Source of the DNA: Escherichia coli
GTDB taxonomy: Bacteria; Pseudomonadota; Gammaproteobacteria; Enterobacterales; Enterobacteriaceae
NCBI RefSeq assembly: GCF_003790525.1
Contig: NZ_CP033635.1
DNA: 64,000 nucleotides
Direction: 5' to 3' (one strand)
Below, piece by piece: positions 9,301-31,130 of the stretch; the first letter of the stretch is position 1; the number at the start of each line of letters is the position of its first letter. The position numbers were made by a program, and so were the translations under genes. The notes beneath the pieces were generated by a model. The model had not been told where the DNA came from, ran no database searches, and saw nothing but the letters and a program-made list of their open reading frames with translations.

Positions 9301-10932
9301 TTAATACTCGTCCCGTCCTTCGTCTTCATCCGGCTGTTCCAGCACACTGTAAGCCACCGAACAAAACAGCGAGTTCAGACGCTGCATATCTCCCAGTAAG
9401 CCTAAATGTAGCGAACTGGTTTCAATGCTTTGCACGTTTTGCTGATGCAGGCGATCGACGTGAGCATGGGAATAACGGCGATTAAGAATGCGAAAGCGAT
9501 GCTTGCTGCGGCGCAAACGACGGGCGCTGGTAACATCGCCAGAGAAGAAAACCGACATTGCCAGTTTTAAATTACTGAGCAATTGCTCATAGAGCGCATC
9601 CAGTTCCTTCAAGCCATCAAGCGAAAATGCCCGCCGTGCTGCCAGCGATTTATCGGCAATTTCGCTCCCCATGCGCTCGACGATATCGGAGGCCTGTTCA
9701 AGGTTGAGCGACATTTCGATGATCTCCGCCCAGCGGCGCGACTCTTCCTCCGCCAGCTCTTCTTTTGGCATCCGCGCCAGATACAGCTTAATGGCGGTAT
9801 AGAGAACGTTGATATCATCTGCCAGCTTACGCAGCTCTTTCTCCTGCCGTGGCTCGCCGTGCATCACTTTATTCAGCCCTTCCATCATCTGTTCCATCGC
9901 GTCACCAATGCGCAGGGTTTCGCGCGCGGCGTTCGCCAGAGCAAGCGTGGGCGTATCCAGCGCGCTGACATCCAGATGTTTGGGTCGTAGCTGGGTATCC
10001 AGTTCCGGTTCATCGCGAATAATCGTTTTGCAAAACCGTGCCATCGGGTCAACAAATGGCAGCATGACCAGGCAGCGTACAAGGTTGTAGAAGACGTGGA
10101 AATAGATCACCAGTTCCGCTTTTGGCAGTGGCAACTTCCCCATTGTCTCTGCCAGCAAATGGACAAACGGCAGGATAATCAGGCTACCCACCAGCTTAAA
10201 CAGCAGGCTACCCAGCGCGACACGGCGGGCTGCGGCATTGGCGGCACTGTTGTTGAGCATCGCCAGCAGACCGGAACCGAGGTTAGCACCAATCACCAGA
10301 CAGAGCGCCACGGGGAAGGAGATAATGCCTGCGGCGGTCAGAGTCGCGGTCAGCAGTACAGCAGCAAGGCTGGAGTAGCTGATAATGGCGAACATCGCGC
10401 CAATCAGCGCATCCAGCAGAATATCGCCGGTCAGCGAGGCAAAGATCACCTGAACGCCGTTTGCCTGGGTGATCGGCGTTACGGCCTGCACAATCAACTC
10501 CAGCGCCAGCAAAATCAGCCCAAGACCAATACCGACGCGGCCCAGTTGCCCGGCGCGTGACTGTTTGCGTCCGAGGAAAAAAATCACGCCGATAAAAATA
10601 AGTAACGGTGACAGCCAGGATAAGTCGAAGGTGAGAATACGCGCCATTAGCGCCGTCCCGACATCTGCACCCAGCACAATCACCAGAGCCGGTGCGAGGG
10701 CTACCAGATCCTGAGCGACAAACGAGGTCACCAGCATGGTGGTGGCATTACTGCTCTGCACCAGTGCGGTAACGCCTATCCCCGCGCAAAAGGCGAGCGG
10801 CTTCTTTTCGACGCTTCGGCTAAGAACAGTACGCAGACGCGCGCCGAAGACGCGCATTACGCCTGTTCGAACAATATGAGTCCCCCAGACCAGCAGGGCG
10901 ACGGCAGAAAGCAGGTGAAGCAGCGTTAACAC
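9301..10932 (-). CDS. yjbB: Na/Pi cotransporter-family inner membrane protein YjbB
   Basis: 543 aa, GTG start (cac at 10930-10932 on + strand) preceded by AAGGAG; membrane domain plus PhoU-like C-terminal domain. Confidence 0.85.
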   Translation of the reverse strand: MLTLLHLLSAVALLVWGTHIVRTGVMRVFGARLRTVLSRSVEKKPLAFCAGIGVTALVQSSNATTMLVTSFVAQDLVALAPALVIVLGADVGTALMARILTFDLSWLSPLLIFIGVIFFLGRKQSRAGQLGRVGIGLGLILLALELIVQAVTPITQANGVQVIFASLTGDILLDALIGAMFAIISYSSLAAVLLTATLTAAGIISFPVALCLVIGANLGSGLLAMLNNSAANAAARRVALGSLLFKLVGSLIILPFVHLLAETMGKLPLPKAELVIYFHVFYNLVRCLVMLPFVDPMARFCKTIIRDEPELDTQLRPKHLDVSALDTPTLALANAARETLRIGDAMEQMMEGLNKVMHGEPRQEKELRKLADDINVLYTAIKLYLARMPKEELAEEESRRWAEIIEMSLNLEQASDIVERMGSEIADKSLAARRAFSLDGLKELDALYEQLLSNLKLAMSVFFSGDVTSARRLRRSKHRFRILNRRYSHAHVDRLHQQNVQSIETSSLHLGLLGDMQRLNSLFCSVAYSVLEQPDEDEGRDEY

Positions 10933-11087
10933 GAGTTCAGGTTCTCCTTATCGTTATATGTTCCTGAAGCAATTGAATGACCAAAGGACCGGAAACACGC
11001 TGACTGGCATCTTTACTGTGCCTTTTGACCTTCGTTTTTCCGGCTAAGATTATTCCAGCCTGTTTCCAGTATAAGTGTTTCATATTA

Positions 11088-11118
11088 ATAAAGAGACAGG
11101 GCACTCATTGAGCGCCCT
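11088..11118 (-). terminator. Putative intrinsic terminator downstream of metH
   Basis: On the minus strand, a CAGGGCGC...GCCCTG stem followed by a U-rich tract (UCUCUUUAUU). Confidence 0.5.
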
Positions 11119-11151
11119 GTTTGTTGTAAGGAAAAGTGACAGATTTGTGAA

Positions 11152-14835
<3,684 letters not shown>

Positions 14836-14992
14836 ACTTGCTCCCGACACGCTCAACCCAGATTTAATAAAAATTCAACAAACCATACTGGCATAAACGC
14901 ATCTGTGGTAAAAGCGACCACCACGCAACATGAGATTTGTTCAACATTAACTCATCGGATCAGTTCAGCAACTATTGCATTAGCTAACAATA

Positions 14993-15013
14993 AAAATGAA
15001 AATGATTTCCACG
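14993..15013 (+). promoter_or_regulatory. Candidate IclR autoregulatory operator in the iclR promoter
   Basis: AAAATGAAAATGATTTCCACG contains a half-palindrome resembling the IclR box (TGGAAAT-N-ATTTCCA), 20-40 bp upstream of the iclR ATG. Confidence 0.45.
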
Positions 15014-15034
15014 ATGCAGAAAAAGGAGACTGTC

Positions 15035-15859
15035 ATGGTCGCACCCATTCCCGCGAAACGCGGCAGAAAACCCGCCGTTGCCACCGCACCAGCGACTGGA
15101 CAGGTTCAGTCTTTAACGCGTGGCCTGAAATTACTGGAGTGGATTGCCGAATCCAATGGCAGTGTGGCACTCACGGAGCTGGCGCAACAAGCCGGGTTAC
15201 CCAATTCCACGACCCACCGCCTGCTAACCACGATGCAACAGCAGGGTTTCGTGCGTCAGGTTGGCGAACTGGGACACTGGGCAATCGGCGCACATGCCTT
15301 TATGGTCGGCAGCAGCTTTCTCCAGAGCCGTAATTTGTTAGCAATTGTTCACCCTATCCTGCGCAATCTAATGGAAGAGTCTGGCGAAACGGTCAATATG
15401 GCGGTGCTTGATCAAAGCGATCATGAAGCGATTATTATCGACCAGGTACAGTGTACCCACCTGATGCGAATGTCCGCGCCTATCGGCGGTAAATTACCTA
15501 TGCACGCTTCCGGTGCGGGTAAAGCCTTTTTAGCCCAACTGAGCGAAGAACAGGTGACGAAGCTGCTGCACCGCAAAGGGTTACATGCCTATACCCACGC
15601 AACGCTAGTGTCTCCTGTGCATTTAAAAGAAGATCTCGCCCAAACGCGCAAACGGGGTTATTCATTTGACGATGAGGAACATGCGCTGGGGCTACGTTGC
15701 CTTGCAGCGTGTATTTTCGATGAGCACCGTGAACCGTTTGCCGCAATTTCTATTTCCGGACCGATTTCACGTATTACCGATGACCGCGTGACCGAGTTTG
15801 GCGCGATGGTGATTAAAGCGGCGAAGGAAGTGACGCTGGCGTACGGTGGAATGCGCTGA
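15035..15859 (+). CDS. iclR: Glyoxylate-shunt repressor IclR
   Basis: 274 aa from the ATG at 15035 (AAGGAG at 15024-15029); MVAPIPAKRGRKPAVATAPATGQVQSLTRGLKLLEWIAES... matches IclR. Confidence 0.95.
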   Translation: MVAPIPAKRGRKPAVATAPATGQVQSLTRGLKLLEWIAESNGSVALTELAQQAGLPNSTTHRLLTTMQQQGFVRQVGELGHWAIGAHAFMVGSSFLQSRNLLAIVHPILRNLMEESGETVNMAVLDQSDHEAIIIDQVQCTHLMRMSAPIGGKLPMHASGAGKAFLAQLSEEQVTKLLHRKGLHAYTHATLVSPVHLKEDLAQTRKRGYSFDDEEHALGLRCLAACIFDEHREPFAAISISGPISRITDDRVTEFGAMVIKAAKEVTLAYGGMR

Positions 15860-15875
15860 CTTTTTCGCCTCTGAT

Positions 15876-17600
<1,725 letters not shown>

Positions 17601-17628
17601 TTAGCGCCCTCATCAGGAGCAGAGAATT

Positions 17629-17761
17629 GCCGGATGCGGCGTAAACGCCTTATCCAGCCTACGTTCGGCAACGGTTGTAGGCATGATAAGACGCGCAAGC
17701 GTCGCATCAGGCATCGTGCACCGATTGCCGGATGCGGCGTAAATGCCTTATCCGGCCTACA
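17629..17761. repeat. BIME: three REP elements in alternating orientation between aceA and aceK
   Basis: GCCGGATGCGGCGTAAACGCCTTATCCAGCCTAC (17629-17662), an inverted copy at about 17677-17715, and GCCGGATGCGGCGTAAATGCCTTATCCGGCCTACA (17727-17761); this is the well-known aceA-aceK intercistronic REP cluster. Confidence 0.85.
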
Positions 17762-17783
17762 GTCAGCAACGTTTGTAGGTTGC

Positions 17784-19088
17784 TTAGAACTGCGATTCTT
17801 CAGTGGAGCCAGTCAGTGCGGTAACCGACGACGTGCCGCCCTGAATAATGGTCGTCACTTTATCGAAGTAACCTGTACCCACTTCCTGCTGGTGAGATAC
17901 GAAGGTATAGCCATCTTTCGCGGCGGCAAATTCCGGCTGCTGCACTTTCTCAACATAGTGCTTCATACCCTCGCCCTGGGCATAGGCGTTTGCCAGGTCA
18001 AACATGTTGAACCACATGCTGTGGATACCTGCCAGGGTGATGAACTGGAACTTGTAGCCCATATCCGACAGCTGCTGCTGGAAGCTGGCAATAGTTTTGT
18101 CGTCGAGGTTTTTCTGCCAGTTGAACGAAGGCGAGCAGTTATAAGCCAGCAGTTTGCCCGGATATTTCGCGTGGATGGCTTGTGCAAAGCGACGCGCCAG
18201 TTCCAGATCCGGCGTGGAGGTTTCACACCATACCAGGTCAGCATATGGCGCATACGCCAGGCCACGGCTGATCGCTTGTTCAATACCTGCATGAGTACGG
18301 AAGAAGCCTTCACTGGTACGCTCGCCGGTAATAAATTCGCTGTCATACGGGTCGCAATCGGAGGTAATCAGATCCGCCGCATCAGCATCGGTACGGGCAA
18401 CCAGAAGGGTTGGAACGCCCGTCACGTCAGCTGCCAGACGCGCCGCGACCAGTTTCTGAATAGCTTCCTGAGTTGGCACTAAAACTTTGCCGCCCATGTG
18501 ACCGCATTTCTTCACTGATGCCAGCTGATCTTCGAAGTGAACTGCCGCTGCACCGGCTTCAATCATCGCTTTCATCAGTTCAAAGGCATTCAGGACACCG
18601 CCAAAACCGGCTTCCGCATCAGCAACGATCGGCAGGAAGTAATCGACATAGCGCGGATCGCCCGGCTCAATGCCCGCGGACCATTGGATCTGATCCGCAC
18701 GGCGGAAGGTGTTGTTGATCCGCTCCACCACAGCTGGCACCGAGTTTGCCGGATAGAGCGACTGATCCGGATACATGCTGGCCGCCAGGTTAGCGTCCGC
18801 CGCTACCTGCCATCCCGACAGATAGACCGCTTCAATACCCGCTTTCGCCTGTTGCAGCGCCTGACCGCCAGTCAGTGCACCGAGGCTGTTGATGTAGCCT
18901 TTTTTCGACTCGCCGTGCAGCAGACGCCACATTTTCGCCGCGCCCAGTTGCGCCAGCGTGCATTCAGGATTGACTGAACCGCGTAATTTCACCACATCTT
19001 CCGCGCTGTATGGCCGAGTAATGCCTTCCCAACGCGGTTGAGTCCACTCTTTCTGTAATTCTTCAATTTGTTGTGTACGGGTTTTCAT
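17784..19088 (-). CDS. aceA: Isocitrate lyase
   Basis: 434 aa from the ATG at 19088 (ORF track starts 5 codons upstream); [33 protein letters not shown]... matches AceA. Confidence 0.95.
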   Translation of the reverse strand: MKTRTQQIEELQKEWTQPRWEGITRPYSAEDVVKLRGSVNPECTLAQLGAAKMWRLLHGESKKGYINSLGALTGGQALQQAKAGIEAVYLSGWQVAADANLAASMYPDQSLYPANSVPAVVERINNTFRRADQIQWSAGIEPGDPRYVDYFLPIVADAEAGFGGVLNAFELMKAMIEAGAAAVHFEDQLASVKKCGHMGGKVLVPTQEAIQKLVAARLAADVTGVPTLLVARTDADAADLITSDCDPYDSEFITGERTSEGFFRTHAGIEQAISRGLAYAPYADLVWCETSTPDLELARRFAQAIHAKYPGKLLAYNCSPSFNWQKNLDDKTIASFQQQLSDMGYKFQFITLAGIHSMWFNMFDLANAYAQGEGMKHYVEKVQQPEFAAAKDGYTFVSHQQEVGTGYFDKVTTIIQGGTSSVTALTGSTEESQF

Positions 19089-19117
19089 GTGCAGATGCTC
19101 CATAGTTATGTGGTGGT

Positions 19118-20719
19118 TTACGCTAACAGGCGGTAGCCTGGCAGGGTCAGGAAATCAATTAACTCATCGGAAGTGGTGATCTGTTCCATCAAACGTGCGG
19201 CATCGTCAAAACGCCCCTGGGAGAAACGTTCTTCGCCCAGTTCGCTGGCAATGACTTTCATCTCTTCGCCCAGCATCTGGCGGAACAAGGCTTTGGTCAC
19301 CGGTTTGCCATTGCTCAACGTTTTTTGATGATGGATCCACTGCCAGATTGAGGTACGGGAAATTTCAGCCGTCGCCGCATCTTCCATCAGGCCATAAATC
19401 GGCACGCAGCCGTTGCCGGAGATCCATGCTTCGATGTACTGCACAGCCACGCGAATGTTGGCGCGCATACCTTCTTCGGTGCGTTCACCATCACAAGGTG
19501 CCAGCAGCTGATCGGCAGTAATCGGCGCGTCTTGTTCGCGCATCACTTCAAGCTGATTTTTACGGGAGCCGAGAATGTCGTTGAATACCGCCATTGCCGT
19601 ATCCGCAAGACCTGGGTGAGCGATCCATGTGCCATCGTGACCGTTATTGGCTTCCAGCGATTTATCCGCTTTTACTTTGTTGAGCACCTGGTTATTGCGC
19701 TCTTCATCTTTGCTCGGAATAAACGCCGCCATGCCGCCCATCGCAAATGCGCCGCGTTTATGGCAGGTTTTAATCAACAGGCGTGAGTAAGCATTCAGGA
19801 AGGGTTTATCCATCGTCACTGCCTGTCTATCTGGCAGGACGCGATCGGGATAGTTTTTCAACGTTTTGATATAACTGAAGATGTAATCCCAACGACCGCA
19901 GTTCAGACCAACAATATGGTCACGCAGCGCGTGAAGGATTTCGTCCATCTGGAACACGGCGGGCAGCGTTTCAATCAGCAACGTCGCCTTGATGGTGCCG
20001 CGCGGCAGATTAAAGCGATCTTCTGCATAGCTGAAGACTTCGCTCCACCAGGCCGCTTCCTGCCAGGACTGGGTTTTCGGCAGATAGAAATAGGGACCGC
20101 TGCCTTTTGCTAACAGAGCCTGGTAGTTGTGGAAGAAATAGAGCGCAAAATCAAACAGGCTGCCAGGAATTGCTTCGCCGCGCCAGGTGACATGTTTTTC
20201 CGGCAAGTGCAGACCGCGAACCCGACAAATCAACACCGCTGGATTGGGCTTGAGCTGATAAATTTTGCCTGCTTCATTGGTATAGCTGATGGTGCCGTTA
20301 ACCGCATCGCGCAGGTTAATTTGCCCGTCGATCACTTTGTTCCAGTCCGGGGCCAGTGAATCTTCGAAATCGGCCATAAAGACTTTCACATTGGCGTTGA
20401 GCGCGTTGATCACCATCTTGCGCTCAACCGGGCCAGTTATCTCGACTCGACGATCTTGTAAGTCCGCGGGAATACCACGAATTTTCCAGTCAGCATCACG
20501 AATGGAAGCTGTTTCCGAAATAAAATCAGGCAACGTTCCGTTATCGATATCCTGCTGCTGCTGAATGCGCGCTGCCAGAAGTTTATTGCGTTGTGGCGTA
20601 AAATGCGTCACCAGCTCAGTCAGAAATTCTACCGCTTCGGCAGTAAGAATTTGCTTCTCCTGCTCGCCATACGGCCTTATGAAAGCCAGTTCATCGGTTG
20701 TTGTTGCCTGTTCAGTCAT
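19118..20719 (-). CDS. aceB: Malate synthase A
   Basis: 533 aa from the ATG at 20719 (cat at 20717-20719 on + strand); [13 protein letters not shown]... matches AceB. Confidence 0.95.
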   Translation of the reverse strand: MTEQATTTDELAFIRPYGEQEKQILTAEAVEFLTELVTHFTPQRNKLLAARIQQQQDIDNGTLPDFISETASIRDADWKIRGIPADLQDRRVEITGPVERKMVINALNANVKVFMADFEDSLAPDWNKVIDGQINLRDAVNGTISYTNEAGKIYQLKPNPAVLICRVRGLHLPEKHVTWRGEAIPGSLFDFALYFFHNYQALLAKGSGPYFYLPKTQSWQEAAWWSEVFSYAEDRFNLPRGTIKATLLIETLPAVFQMDEILHALRDHIVGLNCGRWDYIFSYIKTLKNYPDRVLPDRQAVTMDKPFLNAYSRLLIKTCHKRGAFAMGGMAAFIPSKDEERNNQVLNKVKADKSLEANNGHDGTWIAHPGLADTAMAVFNDILGSRKNQLEVMREQDAPITADQLLAPCDGERTEEGMRANIRVAVQYIEAWISGNGCVPIYGLMEDAATAEISRTSIWQWIHHQKTLSNGKPVTKALFRQMLGEEMKVIASELGEERFSQGRFDDAARLMEQITTSDELIDFLTLPGYRLLA

Positions 20720-20809
20720 CGTGCAGCTCCTCGTCATGGATCCGAAAACTTCCCCACTGTGAACGAAGGATCGTTGTGCGCTTTTCGTTCAGCACAACTA
20801 AGACTACTC

Positions 20810-20845
20810 ATTTAAAATGCAAAATCAAAAACAATTTCCATTTTA
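20810..20845 (-). promoter_or_regulatory. aceBAK promoter region with candidate IclR operator
   Basis: Minus-strand sequence AATGGAAATTGTTTTTGATTTTGCATTTTAAATGAG lies about 100 nt upstream of aceB, where the IclR box sits in the K-12 aceB promoter as I remember it. Confidence 0.5.
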
Positions 20846-20917
20846 ATTAAAAATACTTGATAACTTATTGATAACAATATGAATAAATTTTATTCACCTA
20901 CTGAGGTGCGTTTCGGA

Positions 20918-20944
20918 AATAAAAAAGGCACCCGAAGGTGCCTG
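20918..20944 (-). terminator. Intrinsic terminator downstream of metA
   Basis: On the minus strand, a GGCACC-UUCG-GGUGCC hairpin followed by a U6 run. Confidence 0.7.
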
Positions 20945-20987
20945 AGGTAAGGTGCTGAATCGCTTAACGATCGACTATCACAGAAGA

Positions 20988-21917
20988 TTAATCCAGCGTT
21001 GGATTCATGTGCCGTAGATCGTATGGCGTGATCTGGTAGACGTAATAGTTGAGCCAGTTGGTAAACAGCAAATTACCGTGACTACGCCAGCTCGCTCGCG
21101 GTTTGTTTTGCGGATCATTGTGCGGGAAATAGTTATACGGTACTTCCGGGTCTAGTCCGGCTTCCACATCGCGGAAATATTCCTGCGCCAGCGTTTGCGC
21201 ATCATATTCGGGATGGCCCGTCACAAAGGCAATGCGCTTATCTTTGCTGGCAAACAGATATGCATCCCCTTCTTCCGTCTCTGCCAGAATTTCCAGATCG
21301 GTGTAATCACGAATCAACGCTGCCGGAAAGTCAGCATAGCGCGAATGCGGTGCCAGGAATGAATCATCAAAGCCACGCGTCAGAAGCGCATGAGGATGGA
21401 GAATATGATGCTCGTAAACGCCAGAGAGTTTGTCGGTGCGAGTTTGCTTAGGAATGCCGTAGAGGATATTTAGCGCGGCCTGTACCGCCCAGCAGACAAA
21501 CAGCGTCGAGGTGACGTGATCTTTCGACCACTCCAGCACCTGTTTGATCTGCGGCCAGTAAGCGACATCATTAAACTCCACCAGGCCCAGCGGCGCGCCG
21601 GTAACTATCAGACCGTCAAAGTTTTGTTCCTGAATATCTTCAAAGTTACAGTAGAAGTTATTCAGATGCTCTGCGGGCGTGTTGCGCGATTCACGGGAAT
21701 CAATGCGCAACAGCTGAATATCGACCTGCAAAGGTGAGTTTGAAAGCAGGCGCAGAAACTGATTTTCAGTTTCGATCTTCTTCGGCATCAGGTTAAGGAT
21801 AAGTACCTTTAGCGGACGAATTTCCTGACCAGACGCACGAGAAGTTGTCATCACAAAGACGTTTTCTTCACGCAAGAAATTGACGGCGGGTAGCTCGTCC
21901 GGCACACGAATCGGCAT
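20988..21917 (-). CDS. metA: Homoserine O-succinyltransferase
   Basis: 309 aa, ATG confirmed; [28 protein letters not shown]... matches MetA. Confidence 0.95.
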   Translation of the reverse strand: MPIRVPDELPAVNFLREENVFVMTTSRASGQEIRPLKVLILNLMPKKIETENQFLRLLSNSPLQVDIQLLRIDSRESRNTPAEHLNNFYCNFEDIQEQNFDGLIVTGAPLGLVEFNDVAYWPQIKQVLEWSKDHVTSTLFVCWAVQAALNILYGIPKQTRTDKLSGVYEHHILHPHALLTRGFDDSFLAPHSRYADFPAALIRDYTDLEILAETEEGDAYLFASKDKRIAFVTGHPEYDAQTLAQEYFRDVEAGLDPEVPYNYFPHNDPQNKPRASWRSHGNLLFTNWLNYYVYQITPYDLRHMNPTLD

Positions 21918-21930
21918 AACCTGATTACCT

Positions 21931-21963
21931 CACTACATACGCTTATACGTTTAGACATCCAGA
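21931..21963 (-). promoter_or_regulatory. Candidate MetJ operator (tandem 8-bp met boxes) in the metA promoter
   Basis: Minus-strand CTGGATGTCTAAACGTATAAGCGTATGTAGTG shows tandem octamers resembling AGACGTCT just upstream of the metA start. Confidence 0.5.
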
Positions 21964-22355
21964 TAGCTGAAGATAACCAGAAAATTTGCCAATGTCGAGT
22001 CTGCATGTTGAAGGTGAGAAAGTTTCAAGGAAAAGGCTACGTTAGAATATAAGAATGACGAAAAGGAGAGAAAATGGTTATTAGTATTCGCTGCTCACGG
22101 CATGAGGAAGGGGAGGAACTCGTTGCGATTTGGTGTCGTTCTGTCGATGCCACTCACGATTTTTTATCAGCAGAGTATCGGGCCGAGCTGGAGGAGCTAG
22201 TTCGTTCCTTCCTGCCGGAAGCGCCGTTGTGGGTCGCGGTTAATGAGCGGGATCGGCCGGTTGGGTTTATGTTGTTAAGTGGGCAGCATATGGATGCGCT
22301 GTTTATCGATCCTGATGTGCGCGGCTGCGGCGTGGGTCGGATGCTGGTGTAGTGG

Positions 22356-23605
<1,250 letters not shown>

Positions 23606-23860
23606 TGGTGAAGCATGCGCTCTCAATGGCCCCGGAACTGACAACCAATGTTAATGAGCAAAATGAGCAGGCGGTTGGGTTCTATAAGAAGGTGGGTTTT
23701 AAGGTTACGGGACGCTCTGAGGTGGACGATTTGGGGAAACCGTATCCATTGCTGAATCTGGCATATGTGGGGGAATAAGCTGCCCCCTATCGTGCTATCG
23801 TGCCTGCGTAAGCTGGAGCAGACGCGCCAGCGTCGCATCCGGCATTTTTTCTGCGCCAAT

Positions 23861-23890
23861 GCAAAAAGGCCATCCTGACGGATGGCCTTT
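23861..23890 (-). terminator. rrnE operon intrinsic terminator
   Basis: On the minus strand, an AAGGCCAUC...GAUGGCCUU hairpin followed by U5, immediately 3' of the 5S rRNA. Confidence 0.75.
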
Positions 23891-23901
23891 CGCTTAATTT
23901 G

Positions 23902-24021
23902 ATGCCTGGCAGTTCCCTACTCTCGCATGGGGAGACCCCACACTACCATCGGCGCTACGGCGTTTCACTTCTGAGTTCGGCATGGGGTCAGGTGGGACCA
24001 CCGCGCTAAGGCCGCCAGGCA
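23902..24021 (-). rRNA. rrfE: 5S ribosomal RNA
   Basis: 120 nt; the reverse complement begins TGCCTGGCGGC and ends ...CTGCCAGGCAT, matching E. coli 5S rRNA. Confidence 0.95.
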
Positions 24022-24112
24022 AATTCTGTTTCATCAGACCGCTTCTGCGTTCTGATTTAATCTGTATCAGGCTGAAAATCTTCTCTCATCCGCCAAAACA
24101 TCTTCGGCGTTG

Positions 24113-27017
<2,905 letters not shown>

Positions 27018-27210
27018 TCACAACCCGAAGATGTTTCTTTCGATTCGTCATCGTGTTGCGAAAATTTGAGAGACTCACGAACAACTTTCGTTGTTCAGTG
27101 TTTCAATTTTCAGCTTGATCCAGATTTTTAAAGAGCAAATATCTCAAACGTCACCCGAAGATGAGTTTTGAGATATTAAGGCAGGTGACTTTCACTCACA
27201 AACCAGCAAG

Positions 27211-27286
27211 TGGCGTCCCCTAGGGGATTCGAACCCCTGTTACCGCCGTGAAAGGGCGGTGTCCTGGGCCTCTAGACGAAGGGGAC
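27211..27286 (-). tRNA. gltV: tRNA-Glu in the 16S-23S spacer
   Basis: Reverse complement GTCCCCTTCGTCTAGAGGCCCAGGACACCGCCCTTTCACGGCGGTAACAGGGGTTCGAATCCCCTAGGGGACGCCA (76 nt). Confidence 0.95.
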
Positions 27287-27371
27287 GTATCAGTCTGCTT
27301 CGCAAGACGCCTTGCTTTTCACTTTCTATCAGACAATCTGTGTGAGCACTTCAAAGAACGCTTCTTTAAGG

Positions 27372-28913
<1,542 letters not shown>

Positions 28914-29044
28914 AAAAGTTTGATGCTCAAAGAATTAAACTTCGTAATGAATTACGTGTTCACTCTTGAGACTTGGTATTCATTTTTCGTCTTGCGACGT
29001 TAAGAATCCGTATCTTCGAGTGCCCACACAGATTGTCTGATAAA

Positions 29045-29057
29045 TTGTTAAAGAGCA
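29045..29057 (-). promoter_or_regulatory. rrn leader boxA antitermination element
   Basis: Minus-strand TGCTCTTTAACAA matches the rrn boxA consensus. Confidence 0.8.
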
Positions 29058-29097
29058 GTTGCGACGCGGCTTTCAGCTCACTGTCGCGAGGTGGCGT

Positions 29098-29125
29098 ATA
29101 TTACGCTTTCCTCTTTCAGAGTCAA
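29098..29125 (-). promoter_or_regulatory. rrnE P2 promoter
   Basis: Minus strand: -35 TTGACT (29120-29125), a 17-nt spacer, -10 TAATAT (29098-29103), then a GC-rich discriminator. Confidence 0.75.
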
Positions 29126-29207
29126 CCCTGAATTTCAGGATTTTTCTCTTCAACCGAACCGGCTGTTTGTGTGAAGTGATTCACATCCGCCGTGTCGATG
29201 GAGGCGC

Positions 29208-29235
29208 ATTATAGGGAGTTCTCCGCAGGCCGCAA
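29208..29235 (-). promoter_or_regulatory. rrnE P1 promoter with upstream A/T-rich UP element
   Basis: Minus strand: -35 TTGCGG (29230-29235), a 16-bp spacer, -10 TATAAT (29208-29213), GCGCC discriminator; A/T-rich tract upstream (29236-29260). Confidence 0.8.
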
Positions 29236-29406
29236 TAGAAAAATTGCAGAAAAATGACTGACTGCTGCATTCCCCAGCAAAACCCCGCTTTATACCTTTT
29301 TACGCACAGAGTTATCCACAATCATCAATGTAATTTCTGTATTTTTCCCACGGTAAACACTGTCAAAATTGTGATCACCATTGAAAGAGAAAAATTCGCG
29401 AGCGTT

Positions 29407-29428
29407 GCGCAAACGTTTTCGTTACAAT
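29407..29428 (+). promoter_or_regulatory. PurR operator overlapping the purHD promoter -10
   Basis: GCGCAAACGTTTTCGT (29407-29422) matches the 16-bp PurR box (ACGCAAACGTTTTCGT); a TACAAT -10 hexamer follows at 29423-29428. Confidence 0.75.
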
Positions 29429-29529
29429 GCGGGCGAAAAATAAGGATGCCCCGTTAGGGGCGTTAGCTGAGTTTTTCGCGAAAAATTCAGCTAACGCTCT
29501 CTGTAATAGTCAAATCCAGGGGATTTACC

Positions 29530-31119
29530 ATGCAACAACGTCGTCCAGTCCGCCGCGCTCTGCTCAGTGTTTCTGACAAAGCCGGTATCGTCGAATTCGC
29601 CCAGGCACTTTCCGCACGCGGTGTGGAGCTGCTGTCTACAGGGGGCACTGCCCGTCTGTTAGCAGAAAAAGGTCTGCCGGTAACCGAAGTTTCCGATTAC
29701 ACCGGTTTCCCGGAGATGATGGATGGACGCGTGAAGACCCTGCATCCGAAAGTACATGGTGGCATTCTGGGCCGTCGCGGCCAGGACGATACCATTATGG
29801 AAGAACATCAGATCCAGCCTATCGATATGGTGGTTGTTAACCTGTATCCGTTCGCCCAGACCGTTGCTCGTGAAGGCTGCTCGCTGGAAGATGCGGTTGA
29901 GAACATCGATATCGGCGGCCCGACGATGGTGCGCTCTGCCGCCAAGAACCATAAAGATGTCGCCATCGTGGTGAAGAGCAGCGACTACGACGCCATTATT
30001 AAAGAGATAGATGCCAATGAAGGCTCCCTGACTCTGGAAACTCGCTTTGACCTTGCCATCAAAGCCTTCGAACACACCGCCGCCTACGACAGCATGATTG
30101 CCAACTACTTCGGCAGCATGGTTCCGGCTTACCACGGTGAAAGCAAAGAAGCCGCCGGTCGCTTCCCACGCACGCTGAACCTGAACTTCATTAAGAAGCA
30201 GGATATGCGTTACGGCGAGAACAGCCACCAGCAGGCTGCCTTCTATATAGAAGAGAATGTCAAAGAAGCCTCCGTTGCTACCGCAACCCAGGTTCAGGGT
30301 AAAGCCCTCTCTTATAACAACATCGCCGATACCGATGCGGCGCTGGAGTGCGTGAAAGAGTTCGCCGAGCCGGCATGTGTGATTGTGAAGCACGCCAACC
30401 CTTGCGGCGTGGCTATCGGCAATTCCATTCTTGATGCTTACGATCGCGCGTACAAAACCGACCCGACCTCCGCATTCGGCGGCATTATCGCCTTTAACCG
30501 CGAGCTGGATGCGGAAACCGCGCAGGCCATCATTTCTCGTCAGTTTGTTGAAGTGATTATTGCGCCGTCCGCCAGCGAAGAAGCCCTGAAAATCACCGCC
30601 GCCAAACAGAACGTACGCGTCCTGACCTGCGGTCAGTGGGGCGAGCGTGTTCCGGGTCTTGATTTCAAACGCGTGAACGGCGGTCTGCTGGTTCAGGATC
30701 GAGACCTGGGGATGGTCGGTGCAGAAGAACTGCGCGTCGTCACCAAACGTCAGCCGAGCGAACAGGAACTGCGTGATGCGCTGTTCTGCTGGAAAGTGGC
30801 GAAGTTCGTGAAATCCAATGCTATCGTCTATGCCAAAAACAATATGACCATCGGTATTGGCGCAGGCCAGATGAGCCGTGTGTACTCCGCGAAAATCGCC
30901 GGTATTAAAGCGGCCGATGAAGGCCTGGAAGTGAAAGGTTCCTCGATGGCTTCTGACGCATTCTTCCCGTTCCGCGACGGTATTGATGCCGCCGCCGCTG
31001 CGGGTGTGACCTGTGTAATCCAGCCTGGCGGTTCTATCCGTGATGACGAAGTAATTGCCGCCGCCGACGAGCACGGTATTGCAATGCTCTTCACCGACAT
31101 GCGCCACTTCCGCCATTAA
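29530..31119 (+). CDS. purH: Bifunctional AICAR transformylase / IMP cyclohydrolase
   Basis: 529 aa, ATG confirmed; matches PurH throughout. Confidence 0.95.
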   Translation: MQQRRPVRRALLSVSDKAGIVEFAQALSARGVELLSTGGTARLLAEKGLPVTEVSDYTGFPEMMDGRVKTLHPKVHGGILGRRGQDDTIMEEHQIQPIDMVVVNLYPFAQTVAREGCSLEDAVENIDIGGPTMVRSAAKNHKDVAIVVKSSDYDAIIKEIDANEGSLTLETRFDLAIKAFEHTAAYDSMIANYFGSMVPAYHGESKEAAGRFPRTLNLNFIKKQDMRYGENSHQQAAFYIEENVKEASVATATQVQGKALSYNNIADTDAALECVKEFAEPACVIVKHANPCGVAIGNSILDAYDRAYKTDPTSAFGGIIAFNRELDAETAQAIISRQFVEVIIAPSASEEALKITAAKQNVRVLTCGQWGERVPGLDFKRVNGGLLVQDRDLGMVGAEELRVVTKRQPSEQELRDALFCWKVAKFVKSNAIVYAKNNMTIGIGAGQMSRVYSAKIAGIKAADEGLEVKGSSMASDAFFPFRDGIDAAAAAGVTCVIQPGGSIRDDEVIAAADEHGIAMLFTDMRHFRH

Positions 31120-31130
31120 TGGAGCAATAG

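Noticed and set aside
23821-23856. Possible plus-strand terminator for yjaB (GACGC-GCCA-GCGTC followed by a T-run)
   Set aside because: The T-tract lies about 12 nt beyond the short 5-bp stem, so it does not meet usual intrinsic-terminator geometry. The adjacent, much stronger hairpin belongs to the rrnE terminator on the other strand.
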